Below are positions 52,932 to 64,000 of a stretch of DNA of 64,000 nucleotides, one piece after another (position 1 is the stretch's first letter; each line of letters begins with the position of its first letter). Under the pieces are notes generated by a model. That model had not been told where the DNA came from, did not search any database, and saw only the letters and a program-made list of their open reading frames with translations. The DNA lies in assembly GCA_965644315.1 (NCBI GenBank), contig CBFFRQ010000064.1:248001-312000 (forward strand), written 5' to 3'. The DNA comes from Caecitellus pseudoparvulus. Taxonomy: Eukaryota; Protista; Bigyra: Bicosoecida. Made by a program: the position numbers and the translations under genes.

Positions 52932-53116
52932 GGTGCAAGTTGTACGTGTTTCTGACTCAACAAGAGACAAACATTTCATTCGCCGGGCAGAGGGGGGTGC
53001 GCAGCAGCGTGTGGAATGTGCTCCCGCGGCTGGTCTGCGCCGAAGCTGCGCTTGCTCGACGACCACTTCGTCATCGCACGAGCCCCGCGGGTCACTACAA
53101 GCAGTGGCACGCCGCC

Positions 53117-54424
<1,308 letters not shown>

Positions 54425-54808
54425 CGCGGAAATTGCTTCAGCAGCCTCGTGCGCCAGAGCGGATTGCCAGTGCTTCGCAGGGCACAGAGTCGAGTTGTGG
54501 CGTTCACCACTTATTGTACATGTGTATGCCACGAGGACTTTGATTTTGGCGTATCATTCTTTCCTGCTTGGCCTCCGAACACCCGACAGGCTGTGTTACC
54601 TCGGATTGTCGCCCACCCAAGGCCAGGTAGCCGTAGGCTTTCTTCCAAGTCGCCCCAAAACCAAAACGGTCAGAAAACGTGCGACACGCAGGGCTTTGGT
54701 TCTCCTGCGGTGCACGCTGCCCCAGTCTAGCAGCGTCGCAGCTTCCAGGGGGGCCGACGACGCAGGCTTGCACGTTGTGGTTCATCCTCCGCACACTGCC
54801 TCTGCATC

Positions 54809-57800
54809 ATGGCGCTGTGCTGCCACACGCTGCGCAGCAAGCTGCTGGGCAAGATCGGGGCTTCTCTCCTTGCCGGGGCTGTCATCGCCATCGTGCTGGT
54901 CAGCGTCCTGCTGTCTCAGTCGCTGCCGGAGTGGACTGATTCCACCCGCGACGCAGTGCGTGACCCTGCCATGGAAATGGTGCATGAGCCGCGATGCACC
55001 TGGTCGCACCCGTGGCACGCAGATGATTTCGGCTGAAGAGGCAAACCTTGTGCGCTTGACTGGGGAAAAGTCCTCGTTTAGCGGTGTGTGGGGGCGTTGC
55101 CGGGAGGATGCGTGCAAGTGCACTGCACCTTGCCCTCGCTTCCTTTCGGCGCCCCACAGACATCTTCTTCAGTCGCATCAAGGGCGACTTGGAGCTGCTG
55201 TGCCATGTAACACAAGAAGCTGGTTCGGGAGCCATTCCTGGCACTGTCGCCAACACGTACGGGGTGGTGGAGACGAACCCTCCCTCCTCCGTGCCTGGCT
55301 GGAGCAGCACAGCACGTGCGAGCTTCCAAGAGTCAGGGTGGTGGCAGTGCACAGCTGCCTCTGGCCCACCCGCTGCGGCGTGTGACAACCCAACTGACAC
55401 TCGGCCAGGCGTACGTGAGGCAGAGCTGACCCCTGCTGGCGACGCCAACGTGCGACAAGGGTACCTGCCTGAGCCTCACTTGCGTGGCATGCACGCAGCC
55501 CAGGTTCCCCTGGGCCGGGGAGGTTTTTGGGGTGTCGCCTTTGAAGACAACGGCGTGCTGGTGGAGTACCCTTTCCAGTCCTTCCGGGACTTCGGCACGG
55601 GGGCGTACGACTGCCCCTTCCCGGGGTACTCTGGGCCTCGGGGCGAGAAGCGAGGCTACGACCCGCGCTGCCGCCCTTGGTACCTCGGCGCACGCAGCCA
55701 GCAGGGGGCGTTTTTCACAGCCCCCTACTTGTTCGCAGGCACGACTGACCTGGGCATCACGGCAGCCCTGTCCTTCTTCAACACCACGGAGTACCCCGCC
55801 CCCACCCGCAGCACTCCGCTGGACGGCGTCTGCATGCTGGACTTCGCCTTCACAGAGGTGACGGAGAGCGTGCAGCAGAAGATCCTGAGCAGCGGGTATG
55901 GCTACATCATCAACGCAGAGGGCGACGCGGTGGCCCACCCCTCCCTCAGCTACACCTCCCCCCCCGCGGATCCCTCCATTCTCGCCTTCGAATTCGGCTC
56001 CACATCCTCCCCTGAAGCGCAGGCCTTCGCTGCGGGGCCCCTCGCGTCCATGAGGGCCATGGAGCAGGGCTCCGCAGCGTACAGCAAGGACGGCGCAGAG
56101 TGGATCGTCGCCTGGGGCAACGTCAGCTCTGCCGGGTACAGCATTGCCCTCACCGTGCCCCAGAGCGAGGTGGAGGAGCCGTTCGCCCAGGCCAAGCGCG
56201 AGATCGACGCCTTCATCGGGGGCATGACGGGCATCATTATCGCCACACTGTGCGTCCTCTTCCTCATCCTCGTCTACGCTGGCAGTCGTGTGGTGCAGTC
56301 CATCGTGACGCCAGTCCAGCGACTGAATGACGTCGTGCAGAGCATCCTGGACAAGGACTTCGACGGCGGCTTCCCTCTGGAGCAAGGGGAGATGAAGACC
56401 CAGGAGCTGGCCTTGCTTGCAGAGGTGTTCCGCCAGATGTACACGGTGGTAAAGGTGGGGCACGCCAGCCTGCTGGGTGGCGACTTGGAGGAGGCCCAGC
56501 AGGTGTACGGCGAAGCGCTGGAGCTGTTCACGCGCATGGGCCACGCCAAGGGCATGGGCGTTTGCTACACAAACCTAGGCGCGGCAGCGCTCTTGACGGG
56601 CCAGCACGGGGAGGCCATTGGCTTCTTCACCAACGCCGTGCAGAACGCCGAGCAGCTGCTGCAGGCACACGAGGCAGTGCTGCTAGCACGGCGGCAAGCG
56701 GAAGGCAGTGCTGCGCCCGTCCCCCAGGCCACCAGTGCGGCAACCGGCGCGGAGGCAGTGCCCCCCCCACCGTCACAACACCACGGCGGACAGGGCCAGG
56801 AGTTTGAGGAGGTGTCCTTGGATGGCCCTGGCGCTGCAGCTCCGGCCATCGAGTTGACTGCGATCCGTGTGCCCCCGCTGGCGCCCCTGGCACAGTCCAT
56901 GGCTGCAGCAGCGGGCACAGGCGGCATTACCCCCGCTGGCAAGGGGGATGAGAAGCACGCCAAGCTGCTGCAGCAGCTGGCCTCTCGGCAGCAAAACCTG
57001 GCCAAGGCGTACCTGGCCCGGGCCCATGTCATCACTGACTCGCAGCTGACGATGGAGCTGGGACAGGAGGTGCCTGACAGCTTGTCTGCGGCGCGGGCTG
57101 CCCTGGGCCCCCACGCCACGCACGAGACGGCGGTGGCAGACACACTGTGTGCGCTGGATGTGCTGGATGCAGCGGGGCAGAACTACGCTGCGGCCATGGC
57201 GGCACTGCCACCTGCCCAGGAGGCCATGGTGCATGCAGAGGCCGCACAGGCGTTCAGCCAGGCAGCCCTGGCGTGCGCCACCTTCCCGCAGTGCGCACAG
57301 CGTGCGCGGCAGCTGGCACACAGCGCTCGGGCGGCACAAAGCCTGTTCATGGCCCTGTACCGCTCCCCCGGGTTCCAGTCCACGCCGTCCCTGGACATCC
57401 TGGCTGTGCAGGTGGAGAGTCGGGTCCTGACAGCTGACGCGGCGGCAGCGGCGGCAGAGGGCAATGCTTCCGGGGCCCTGCAGGGCATGTCGGCAGCCCA
57501 GGTCACCGGCAGTGTGGGGGACCCGGCCTTTGATGCGCGTGTCGCGTGGGCCATGGCCCAGCTGCTGCACACACTTGGCCAAGGCGAGGCGGCCAAGGCC
57601 ACCCTGGCCTCTGGCGTGGGTGGCGTCCGCAAGGAGATGGACCTCATGTTTGTGCTGGACTACAGCGGCAGCATGAGCGGCGGCCTCATCCGCGCCGCCG
57701 TCTCCAACATGCTCATGCTGTACGACAACTACACGCAGGCACGGGACCGCGTGGGCCTCATCCTCTTCGGCCGCCACGCAGAGATCCACACAGAGCTGCA

Positions 57801-58227
57801 GGTGCGAGGCACGGGCAGCACCGCCGCAGACCTGCGCGCACGCCTCGCCTCTGTCACGCACCCGCGAGGAACCACGGCGTGCTACGATGCCCTGCACCTC
57901 GCGCTGGACATGTTCAAGCGCACGGAGGGCGCTGGCGCAAGCGCAGGACGCACGCAGACCATTGTCGCACTGACTGACGGGGAAGACAACAGCTCTGACT
58001 TGACGCCACGTGAAGTGCAGCGGGAGCTGGCAGAGCAGTGGGCAGGCCCGACGCAGTTGGTCATGGTGGGCGTTGGGCGCCTGCGCACAGCGGACACACT
58101 CAAGGACCTCTGCGCGGCATCTCAGGGTGGGCTGTATGTGGAGGCGGAAGGGGGAGCCTCCAGTCTGGACGCAGCCTTCACGGCTGTCGCGCAGGCCATC
58201 GCGGATGTGACTGTGGAGAGCTTGTGA
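54809..58227 (+). CDS. Receptor A: TM - dCache_1 (amino-acid-binding motif) - TM - HAMP - TPR - vWA; 3 exons
   Basis: TM1 LLAGAVIAIVLVSVLL; YDPRCRPWY (55657-55683), TAPYLFA, GVCMLD, GYGYIINAEGDAVAHP; TM2 GIIIATLCVLFLILVYA; HAMP IVTPVQRL...ELALLAEVFRQM; TPR GVCYTNLGAA; vWA MFVLDYSGSM, GTTACYDA, IVALTDGED. Confidence 0.85.
56942..57023 (+). repeat. 82-bp perfect inverted repeat, copy 1 (coding GDEKHAKLLQQLASRQQNLAKAYLARA)
   Basis: agggggatgagaag...cctggcccgggc is the exact reverse complement of 61057-61138. Confidence 0.93.
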
Positions 58228-58355
58228 TGCGAGCCCTGTGGCGACTCTGCAGTCTGCCGTATATCGGGTGGCCGCCTTCCCACCTCCCGCACAATTCAAA
58301 ACCCCACCCAACCACGCAGCTGTATGCCGGTGTCCTCACCAGCTGCACGCTTGTC

Positions 58356-59742
58356 ATGGCCATGGCCAGCACTGGAAGCGCCCTGGAGGGGGGCGAGCCA
58401 GAGTTTCACAAGCCCTGCTACACCTGCCAGGTGCGCTTCCCATCCACGGAGGTGTTGACAGCGCACTTCGGGACGCAGTGGCACCAGTACAATGTGAAAC
58501 GTGCCTCTGCGGAGCTCCTACCTGTGACGCTGGAGACGTTTGAGAAGCGCAAAGCCGCTGCCCTGGCGAGGAAGCAGGCTGAGGCAGAGGCAGCGAGACC
58601 ACGCAAGTTTAAGTGCACGCTGACTGGGAAGGTTTTTGGGAGCATGGGCGCCTTGCGCAGCCACTACACCTCCAAGAAAACCAGGACAGCCATCAAGGCC
58701 AAGGTGAAGGCGGGGAAGTTGGCGGAGAACCCCTTGGCAGGCGTTGACGTTTCTGCGTGGACCCAAGACCAACTTCCGCACTTTGTCACGACCATCTTCC
58801 TGGACGAAGAGCCGGCTGGCGGGCAAGCGGCCGAGGAAGAGGCTGTGCCTGACACCAAGTTCACACGCATGGCACAGGAGTCCACCATTCATGACCTCTG
58901 CTTCCTGGACCTGCAGCCAGTGGAGAGTTTGACCAAGTGAGTGGCAACGCGGCTGGTGGCACCTTGTTCTGGCTGTGACGCGGTGTGCCGCGTGGCACGG
59001 CACGAGCTGCACGCGCTGCTGCCCCCCGCTTCCCAGGAACCTGGAGCGCCTCGTGACTGTGCACGGCTTAGTCATCCCTGACATCGCTTACTTGAAGGAC
59101 TTGCCGGGTCTGCTCGCACATTGCCACGACAAGGTGCTGAAGGGGCAGACGTGCATTTACTGCAACACAGGCTTTTCGTCGGTGGCAGCCACCGTGCAGC
59201 ACATGGCAGACAAAGGCCACGCCCGCCTGCCGTTTGACATTGACGGGGGCAAGGCCATGGCCGAGTACGAGGGCTTCTGGGACTACGACAAGGACGTGGA
59301 GCACTTCAACTCCAAGGGCGAGCGCGTCGTGCCCATGACGCACGCGGACCGAGAGTATGACGCCTTCGGCAACCTGCTCCTGCGCGATGGCGGCAGCCTG
59401 GGCCACAGGGAGTACCAGAAGTACTATGTGCAAGACCTGCACGAGAAGCGTGAGTCCTCTGCCCTGGCGGCGGTCAGGGCGGAAGGCACCACCCGCTTGA
59501 TCAAGCACCACTTCGGAAAGGAAGTCGCTGGTGCACTGGTGGTGGCTGGCGGGGCCTCGAAGGCCCTCAGCACTCACGTGGAGGCCACAGCCTTCCGCGC
59601 CAAGACGGAGGCTGAGAAGGCAGCTGAGCGAGGGCGCACACTGGCTCGTCGGCAGCAGGCCCATGACGAGACTGCCGTCAAGACCAACAAGGTCCGCAAC
59701 AAGAACGTGTATTTCGTCCAGCAGTACATGGGCGCAGGGTAA
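58356..59742 (+). CDS. REI1: Pre-60S maturation factor REI1/ZNF622; 2 exons
   Basis: CYTCQVRF...HFGTQWHQYNVKR...LLPVTLETF, HGLVIPDIAYLKDLPGLL, CIYCN...HMADKGH and LGHREYQKYY. Confidence 0.9.
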
Positions 59743-59780
59743 GCCCCCGCCCTCCCCCAATGCAGCCCGATGCCCCTTCC

Positions 59781-62700
59781 TTACACCGCTTCCAGGGTGA
59801 CATCAGCAGCTGCCATGGAGACACAATTAAAGGCCAGGTCCACTTCATCTCGGGGGGACACCCCATGCTGCAGCAGGCGGCCGCCACTGCTGGCGTCCAC
59901 CATGCGTCGCAGGGTGCGCCGCGAACCAGCCAGCTGCCCGACCAGCACAATGTGCAGAGTGATGTCCAACGCCCCACCCGCCAGCTTCATGGGGGGGTCT
60001 GGGTTGCCCTGCAACAACTTCACCACGTCATTGGCACTGTGCTTGGAGGCGGTGTCCCGCCCGTCTGTGAAGGCCACAATGGTGCGGTGCGCCGAGAAAC
60101 CTCCTCGAGTGCCGGGGATGTGTGCTGCTGCCTGTTCGTGCAGCAGCTGGATGGCAGACACCAAGGCATCGTACAACGCCGAACTTCCCTTGGGGGAGCG
60201 GAAGGAGTCGATGATGGCGCGCACCTTGCCAGCGGCACGCCCTTCGCCCTTGACGCACGGCTCGAAACGCAGAACTGGCCGGCGGGCAAAGGTGATGAAG
60301 CCAACCCGGTCAATGGGCAGCACATACCGCTCAAACATCTCCAGCAAGGCATCCATGGCAGTGGGCCCCGTCTCCGCCTTGCCCATGCTGCCACTGTAGT
60401 CGAGGAGGAAGAGGAAGTCTCCTGCTCCGTTGGTGTGCGCGCCAGCCGACGCAGCCACCGCCCGCGCGGCCTCAAGCTGCCCTTCCTGCAGCAACAGCGA
60501 CGCCATCAGCCACTTGACTCGGTAGTCCACGTAGGGCGAGCAGACAGACCCTGTCGTCAGCGCACTGGCCAGCTTCTGCAGCGCCGAATTCGTGTGGCCC
60601 TGCGTGGCAAGGGAGGCACCTTGAGCTGCCAGCACTCGGCGATGCAGGCGCACGCTCAAATGCGCATACTCCTGTGTCATGACGAAGTGTGCTTCTGTCG
60701 TTGCAGCCTCGAAGCACTCAAAGCTGTCTTGCGTTGCTTGGGCGAGAGACGCCACCCGCCTGGAGAATTGCGGGTGCTGCGCCACAGCCAACGCGGCATC
60801 TGAGTACATCTCCGTCACACATGCTTGGGCATCAGCCACGTGCTGAGAAGATGTAAGGGCCGGGATCGCCGCTGTCAAGTGCTTGCCAGCGGACTCCAGC
60901 AGGTTCAGCGCCCGTTTGCAGTCCGAGGCGCTGGCTTCCAGAGGGTCTTGCTCGGACACCAGCGTGCCTGAAGAACTGACACTGAGTGTGCCGCTTGGCC
61001 TGGCTTCCACATACCCGCCCAGTTGCTTGACAAGGGTGGCGTCCAGCACCCGCCGCGCCCGGGCCAGGTACGCCTTGGCCAGGTTTTGCTGCCGAGAGGC
61101 CAGCTGCTGCAGCAGCTTGGCGTGCTTCTCATCCCCCTGCTGGGCTGTGATGGGTGCGATGGCTTGGCGTTCCGTGGCGGAGCTCATGGAGGTGGAGCTC
61201 CGAAGGAACTTGGCAGCAGCGGTGGCAGCGGCGGTGGTGGTGGCCAACTGCCCGCTCGTCAGCTGGCTGCCAGGGGTGTCTTCCGCGGGAGGGTACACCG
61301 TCGGAGCAACGACGCCCGTCTGACCAGGCGGGGGGGGCACCAGTGTGCCTTCGTCTGGATCTGGGGAAGACACCTCACCTAGGTGCACCTCAATCAGGTA
61401 CTCACTATTGCGCACGGCCAGCCTGTAGTTCGTGATGGCGCTGCGGTAGTCCTGTTCGTGCATGAAAGCTGCGCCAAGGTTTGTGTAGCAGACGCCGATG
61501 GCATACTGATGCTGCAAGCGTGTGAACAGCTCCAATGCTTCCCGCAGCATGGCTTTGGCGAACTGCATGTCGCCAGCCAGTAGGTTGGAGTTGCTGACGC
61601 GAATAACCATGAACAGCTGGCGCAGAAGCTGGGCCAGGACAGTCACTTCCCGTGTACTGTGCTGCGAGCCGGATTTGAGCAGGGGAGAGTTGGTGCGCAG
61701 GCGCCCTGCTTCGATGTCAGCGGCGAGTTTGCGCAACTCTTGCACTGGGCCCACTACAGACGCGATGAGGCGTGAAGCCGCAGCCACGACGCAGAGCAGG
61801 ACTAGGAGCAAGGTGAATGTTACCACCAGCACCAGGCTCGAGACAAAGGTGGTGATGAGGGCCTCTGTGGTCTTGAAGCTGGCTTCCACGTCCGCGGCGG
61901 GCACTGTGACTGACACGCTGTACTGCGCCACGCTCACGTTGCCCCACGAGATGAACCAACGCTCGCCCCCTTTGAAGTACTGCGCCCGCCCTCTGGAAAG
62001 GCTCTGCAGTCCAGGCAAGACGTCCCGTGCGAACGCGCGGCGCTCGCCCTCCGAGGCATCTGCCAAGTCCACTTGCAAGATGGACGTGTTCGGGGGAGGG
62101 TCAGCCAAGTCCACTTCCGGGTGGGCCACGATATTCCCCTGCGTGTCAGTGATCCACCCATACCCACCCGTGCCCACACGGCTCTTCACGCTGGCAGACA
62201 CTGTCGTGAAGTCGATGTCCATGAAACACACGCCCTCCCGAGTGGACGCCGTAGTGTGGGGAGGGGGCTCTGCCGTGGTGTTGAAGAAAGACAGGGCTGC
62301 CGTAATCCCTAAGTTTTGACTGCCCGCAAAAATGTATGGTGATGAGAATTCTGGCTCTGTGCTGAGCCTGGCCGTGGTGTACCAGGGGCGGCAGCGCGGG
62401 TCGTAGCCCACCTTCGGCAGGCTGCCCGTGTAGCCCGGGAAGGAGCAGGAGATCTCCAGGGTGCGGTACCTCTCCCGCGGCCGGAAGGGGTACATGCTGA
62501 ACGTGCCATCCCCCTCGAATCCCATCCCCCACAGCCCGCCAGAGCCAATGCGCATGTCCCCACTGGCCAGCGCTTTCATGTGTGGCTGTGCCAGGAAACC
62601 AGCATCCACGTGCAGCCCATTCGGCGTCGACAGTTGCGATGAGCTGACGCCAAGGCCCCCGTTATCACAGCTGGATCCAGGTGGGGCCTGTGCGCCGTTG

Positions 62701-63143
62701 CACAGCCACCAGCCCGAGGTGCCGTATGCGCCACTGGCGTCAGCGTCCCACCCAGGCTGCGACTCTGCGTCGTCGAACGCGCCGTTCGGCTGGTGGGACA
62801 CCCCGCCTGGGAGCTGGTCGGAAGCAGCTCGGGAGCCAATGGAGCACATTTGTTTCACAGCAGCATTCACGCGTTTGAAGAATTGGTCTGTGGCGCGGTA
62901 GCAGCAAGGTGGTGGGCAAGGCTGGCGTCGCAAGCGACGGGTCGCCAACACCTTACCTGCGAACTCTGTCTTCAGGGCCGTCAGGCGGTCTAAGTTCACG
63001 AGCTCAGACTGCACCATGTTTGCCCGGGTGGGGTCCGTCCAGCCACTTTGCAGGAGCAGCGTCGCAACCAGGACGACAGCCAGCACCAGGCCTGGGACGA
63101 TGCCCATTGTTGCCATGAGCAACTTGGTGTGCAGTTTTCCCAT
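59781..63143 (-). CDS. Receptor B: TM - dCache_1 - TM - HAMP - TPR - vWA, paralog of 54809-58227; in-frame intron 62956-62888
   Basis: YDPRCRPWY (62405-62379), SSPYIFA, GVCFMD, GYGWITDTQGNIVAHP, TM2, HAMP VVGPVQEL...EVTVLAQLLRQL, GVCYTNLGAA, FLLDYSGSM and IVAFTDGRD. The intron lies at the same position and phase as intron 2 of receptor A. Confidence 0.85.
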   Translation of the reverse strand: MGKLHTKLLMATMGIVPGLVLAVVLVATLLLQSGWTDPTRANMVQSELVNLDRLTALKTEFAGKVLATRRLRRQPCPPPCCYRATDQFFKRVNAAVKQMCSIGSRAASDQLPGGVSHQPNGAFDDAESQPGWDADASGAYGTSGWWLCNGAQAPPGSSCDNGGLGVSSSQLSTPNGLHVDAGFLAQPHMKALASGDMRIGSGGLWGMGFEGDGTFSMYPFRPRERYRTLEISCSFPGYTGSLPKVGYDPRCRPWYTTARLSTEPEFSSPYIFAGSQNLGITAALSFFNTTAEPPPHTTASTREGVCFMDIDFTTVSASVKSRVGTGGYGWITDTQGNIVAHPEVDLADPPPNTSILQVDLADASEGERRAFARDVLPGLQSLSRGRAQYFKGGERWFISWGNVSVAQYSVSVTVPAADVEASFKTTEALITTFVSSLVLVVTFTLLLVLLCVVAAASRLIASVVGPVQELRKLAADIEAGRLRTNSPLLKSGSQHSTREVTVLAQLLRQLFMVIRVSNSNLLAGDMQFAKAMLREALELFTRLQHQYAIGVCYTNLGAAFMHEQDYRSAITNYRLAVRNSEYLIEVHLGEVSSPDPDEGTLVPPPPGQTGVVAPTVYPPAEDTPGSQLTSGQLATTTAAATAAAKFLRSSTSMSSATERQAIAPITAQQGDEKHAKLLQQLASRQQNLAKAYLARARRVLDATLVKQLGGYVEARPSGTLSVSSSGTLVSEQDPLEASASDCKRALNLLESAGKHLTAAIPALTSSQHVADAQACVTEMYSDAALAVAQHPQFSRRVASLAQATQDSFECFEAATTEAHFVMTQEYAHLSVRLHRRVLAAQGASLATQGHTNSALQKLASALTTGSVCSPYVDYRVKWLMASLLLQEGQLEAARAVAASAGAHTNGAGDFLFLLDYSGSMGKAETGPTAMDALLEMFERYVLPIDRVGFITFARRPVLRFEPCVKGEGRAAGKVRAIIDSFRSPKGSSALYDALVSAIQLLHEQAAAHIPGTRGGFSAHRTIVAFTDGRDTASKHSANDVVKLLQGNPDPPMKLAGGALDITLHIVLVGQLAGSRRTLRRMVDASSGGRLLQHGVSPRDEVDLAFNCVSMAAADVTLEAV
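61057..61138 (-). repeat. 82-bp perfect inverted repeat, copy 2
   Basis: Identical on the minus strand to 56942-57023, in the same reading frame of the paralog. Confidence 0.93.
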
Positions 63144-63517
63144 CGCGCTTCAAGGCAGGCAAGCGAAAGCACTCCGCAGGGGGGGGCTTTCAGCACGTGG
63201 CCACTCGTCCTCGCCACCTGTGCCGCAGCAGGGGTGGGCAAAGGCGCCGGGCAGTCAAGGCTGTGCCTGGGCCAAATGCCGCTCCCGGCTTGGATGGAGA
63301 AGGCAGCCTTGCGCCTGGCTTTGGCCTTGGCAGGTCGGGCAAAAACCTGCACACACACAAAAAAGCACGCACCCCACTGTGGACCAAGTGGACGCATTGT
63401 GGTGCGGCAAGCATTGTGGCTCGGCCAGTACACTGCCGCCAGGCAACCCCTGCTGCCTTGGCCAGGCGCTGCCTTGCGCCAACGTTAACGCCACGCGGCG
63501 CCTTTGCGTCCTTCACC

Positions 63518-64000
63518 ATGGCGCTGCAAGAGCAGGCCGTGCGCGTGATGCTTCGCATCCGGCCAGCCGGGAGCGAAGAGCCCCTGCTTCATTGCGAGCC
63601 GGGGAGCAACTCTGTTGTGCTGCGCCCCCCAGCAGACTGTGGCAGCGTCGAATCGGCCCCTGCCACAACGCCTGCGAGGCTAGGGAAAACTCCAACTCGC
63701 AGTGCACGCAAGCTGTGAGGCAGGAAGCCTGAGGCCCTCACAATCCAGTGCCTTACCTTTCGTTTCTGTTTATCGTTCTGCAGGAGGACCCCTGGAAGCC
63801 GGCGCAGCAAGGCAGCAGCGTCTCCGTTTCGCACACCTGTGAGCGAAACGCGCGCAAGTGACACACAGCGGCCCGGCACGACACACCCCTTCCTCACCCG
63901 CAGCGCCACATGGTTCCCCGTGACTTCACATTTGACAGCGTCTTTGATCCCTCGGCAGACCAAGCGGCAGTCTTCGCCCCCCTGCGCGGCATGGTGCAGT
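63518..64000 (+). CDS. Kinesin motor protein, N-terminal part (3' partial, intron-containing)
   Basis: AVRVMLRIRP and RDFTFDSVFDPSADQAAVF are the first kinesin motor-domain motifs. Confidence 0.8.

Noticed and set aside
55333-58311. Long antisense ORFs (55333-56544, 56773-58311; also 7489-8727, 19454-20668, 31937-32962, 59760-60803)
   Set aside because: These are shadow ORFs expected opposite GC-rich, codon-biased genes, and they contain no recognisable motifs.
54809-63143. Calling the receptors alpha2delta/CACHD1 calcium-channel subunits, or bacterial contamination
   Set aside because: The vWA domain is C-terminal, after TM2-HAMP, not inserted in the Cache domain. The genes have spliceosomal introns at a shared position and eukaryotic neighbours.

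Overview
This is a gene-dense (about 30 genes in 64 kb), GC-rich eukaryotic nuclear segment. Introns are GT-AG, mostly about 60-110 bp, with donors GTGCGT/GTGAGT/GTACGT and acceptor CAG, so the ORF track splits or hides many genes. I rebuilt the exon structures by hand, without transcript support. Style and gene content suggest a flagellated protist, possibly a heterotrophic stramenopile (inference). Housekeeping genes: METTL18, an SLC25 glutamate-type carrier, Sec16, Sen2, RPB9, an S10 carboxypeptidase, U2A', a cyclin, CFAP97D, a golgin, a TOM1-like adaptor, EIPR1, ADK, IVD, IDH, KRR1, REI1 and a kinesin. I saw no mobile element, CRISPR array, rRNA or tRNA. The best candidate for a new system is at 54.8-63.1 kb: two convergent paralogous receptors built as TM-dCache(amino-acid motif)-TM-HAMP-TPR-vWA. 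They are strongly diverged except for one perfectly identical, in-frame 82-bp block. That block forms an inverted repeat, so inverting the 4 kb between the copies would swap the vWA output modules of the two sensors. Other highlights: a recurrent AATGCA(TT) element just downstream of stop codons (often palindromic between convergent genes), a hidden Hsk3-like (Dam1/DASH) microgene, a FLASH-N-terminus-like gene, a Polycomb-like PHD-winged-helix/PWWP/chromodomain reader, a bacterial-type NADP-IDH with a cyanobacteria-like insertion, and a UBA protein fused to a bacterial-type beta domain.
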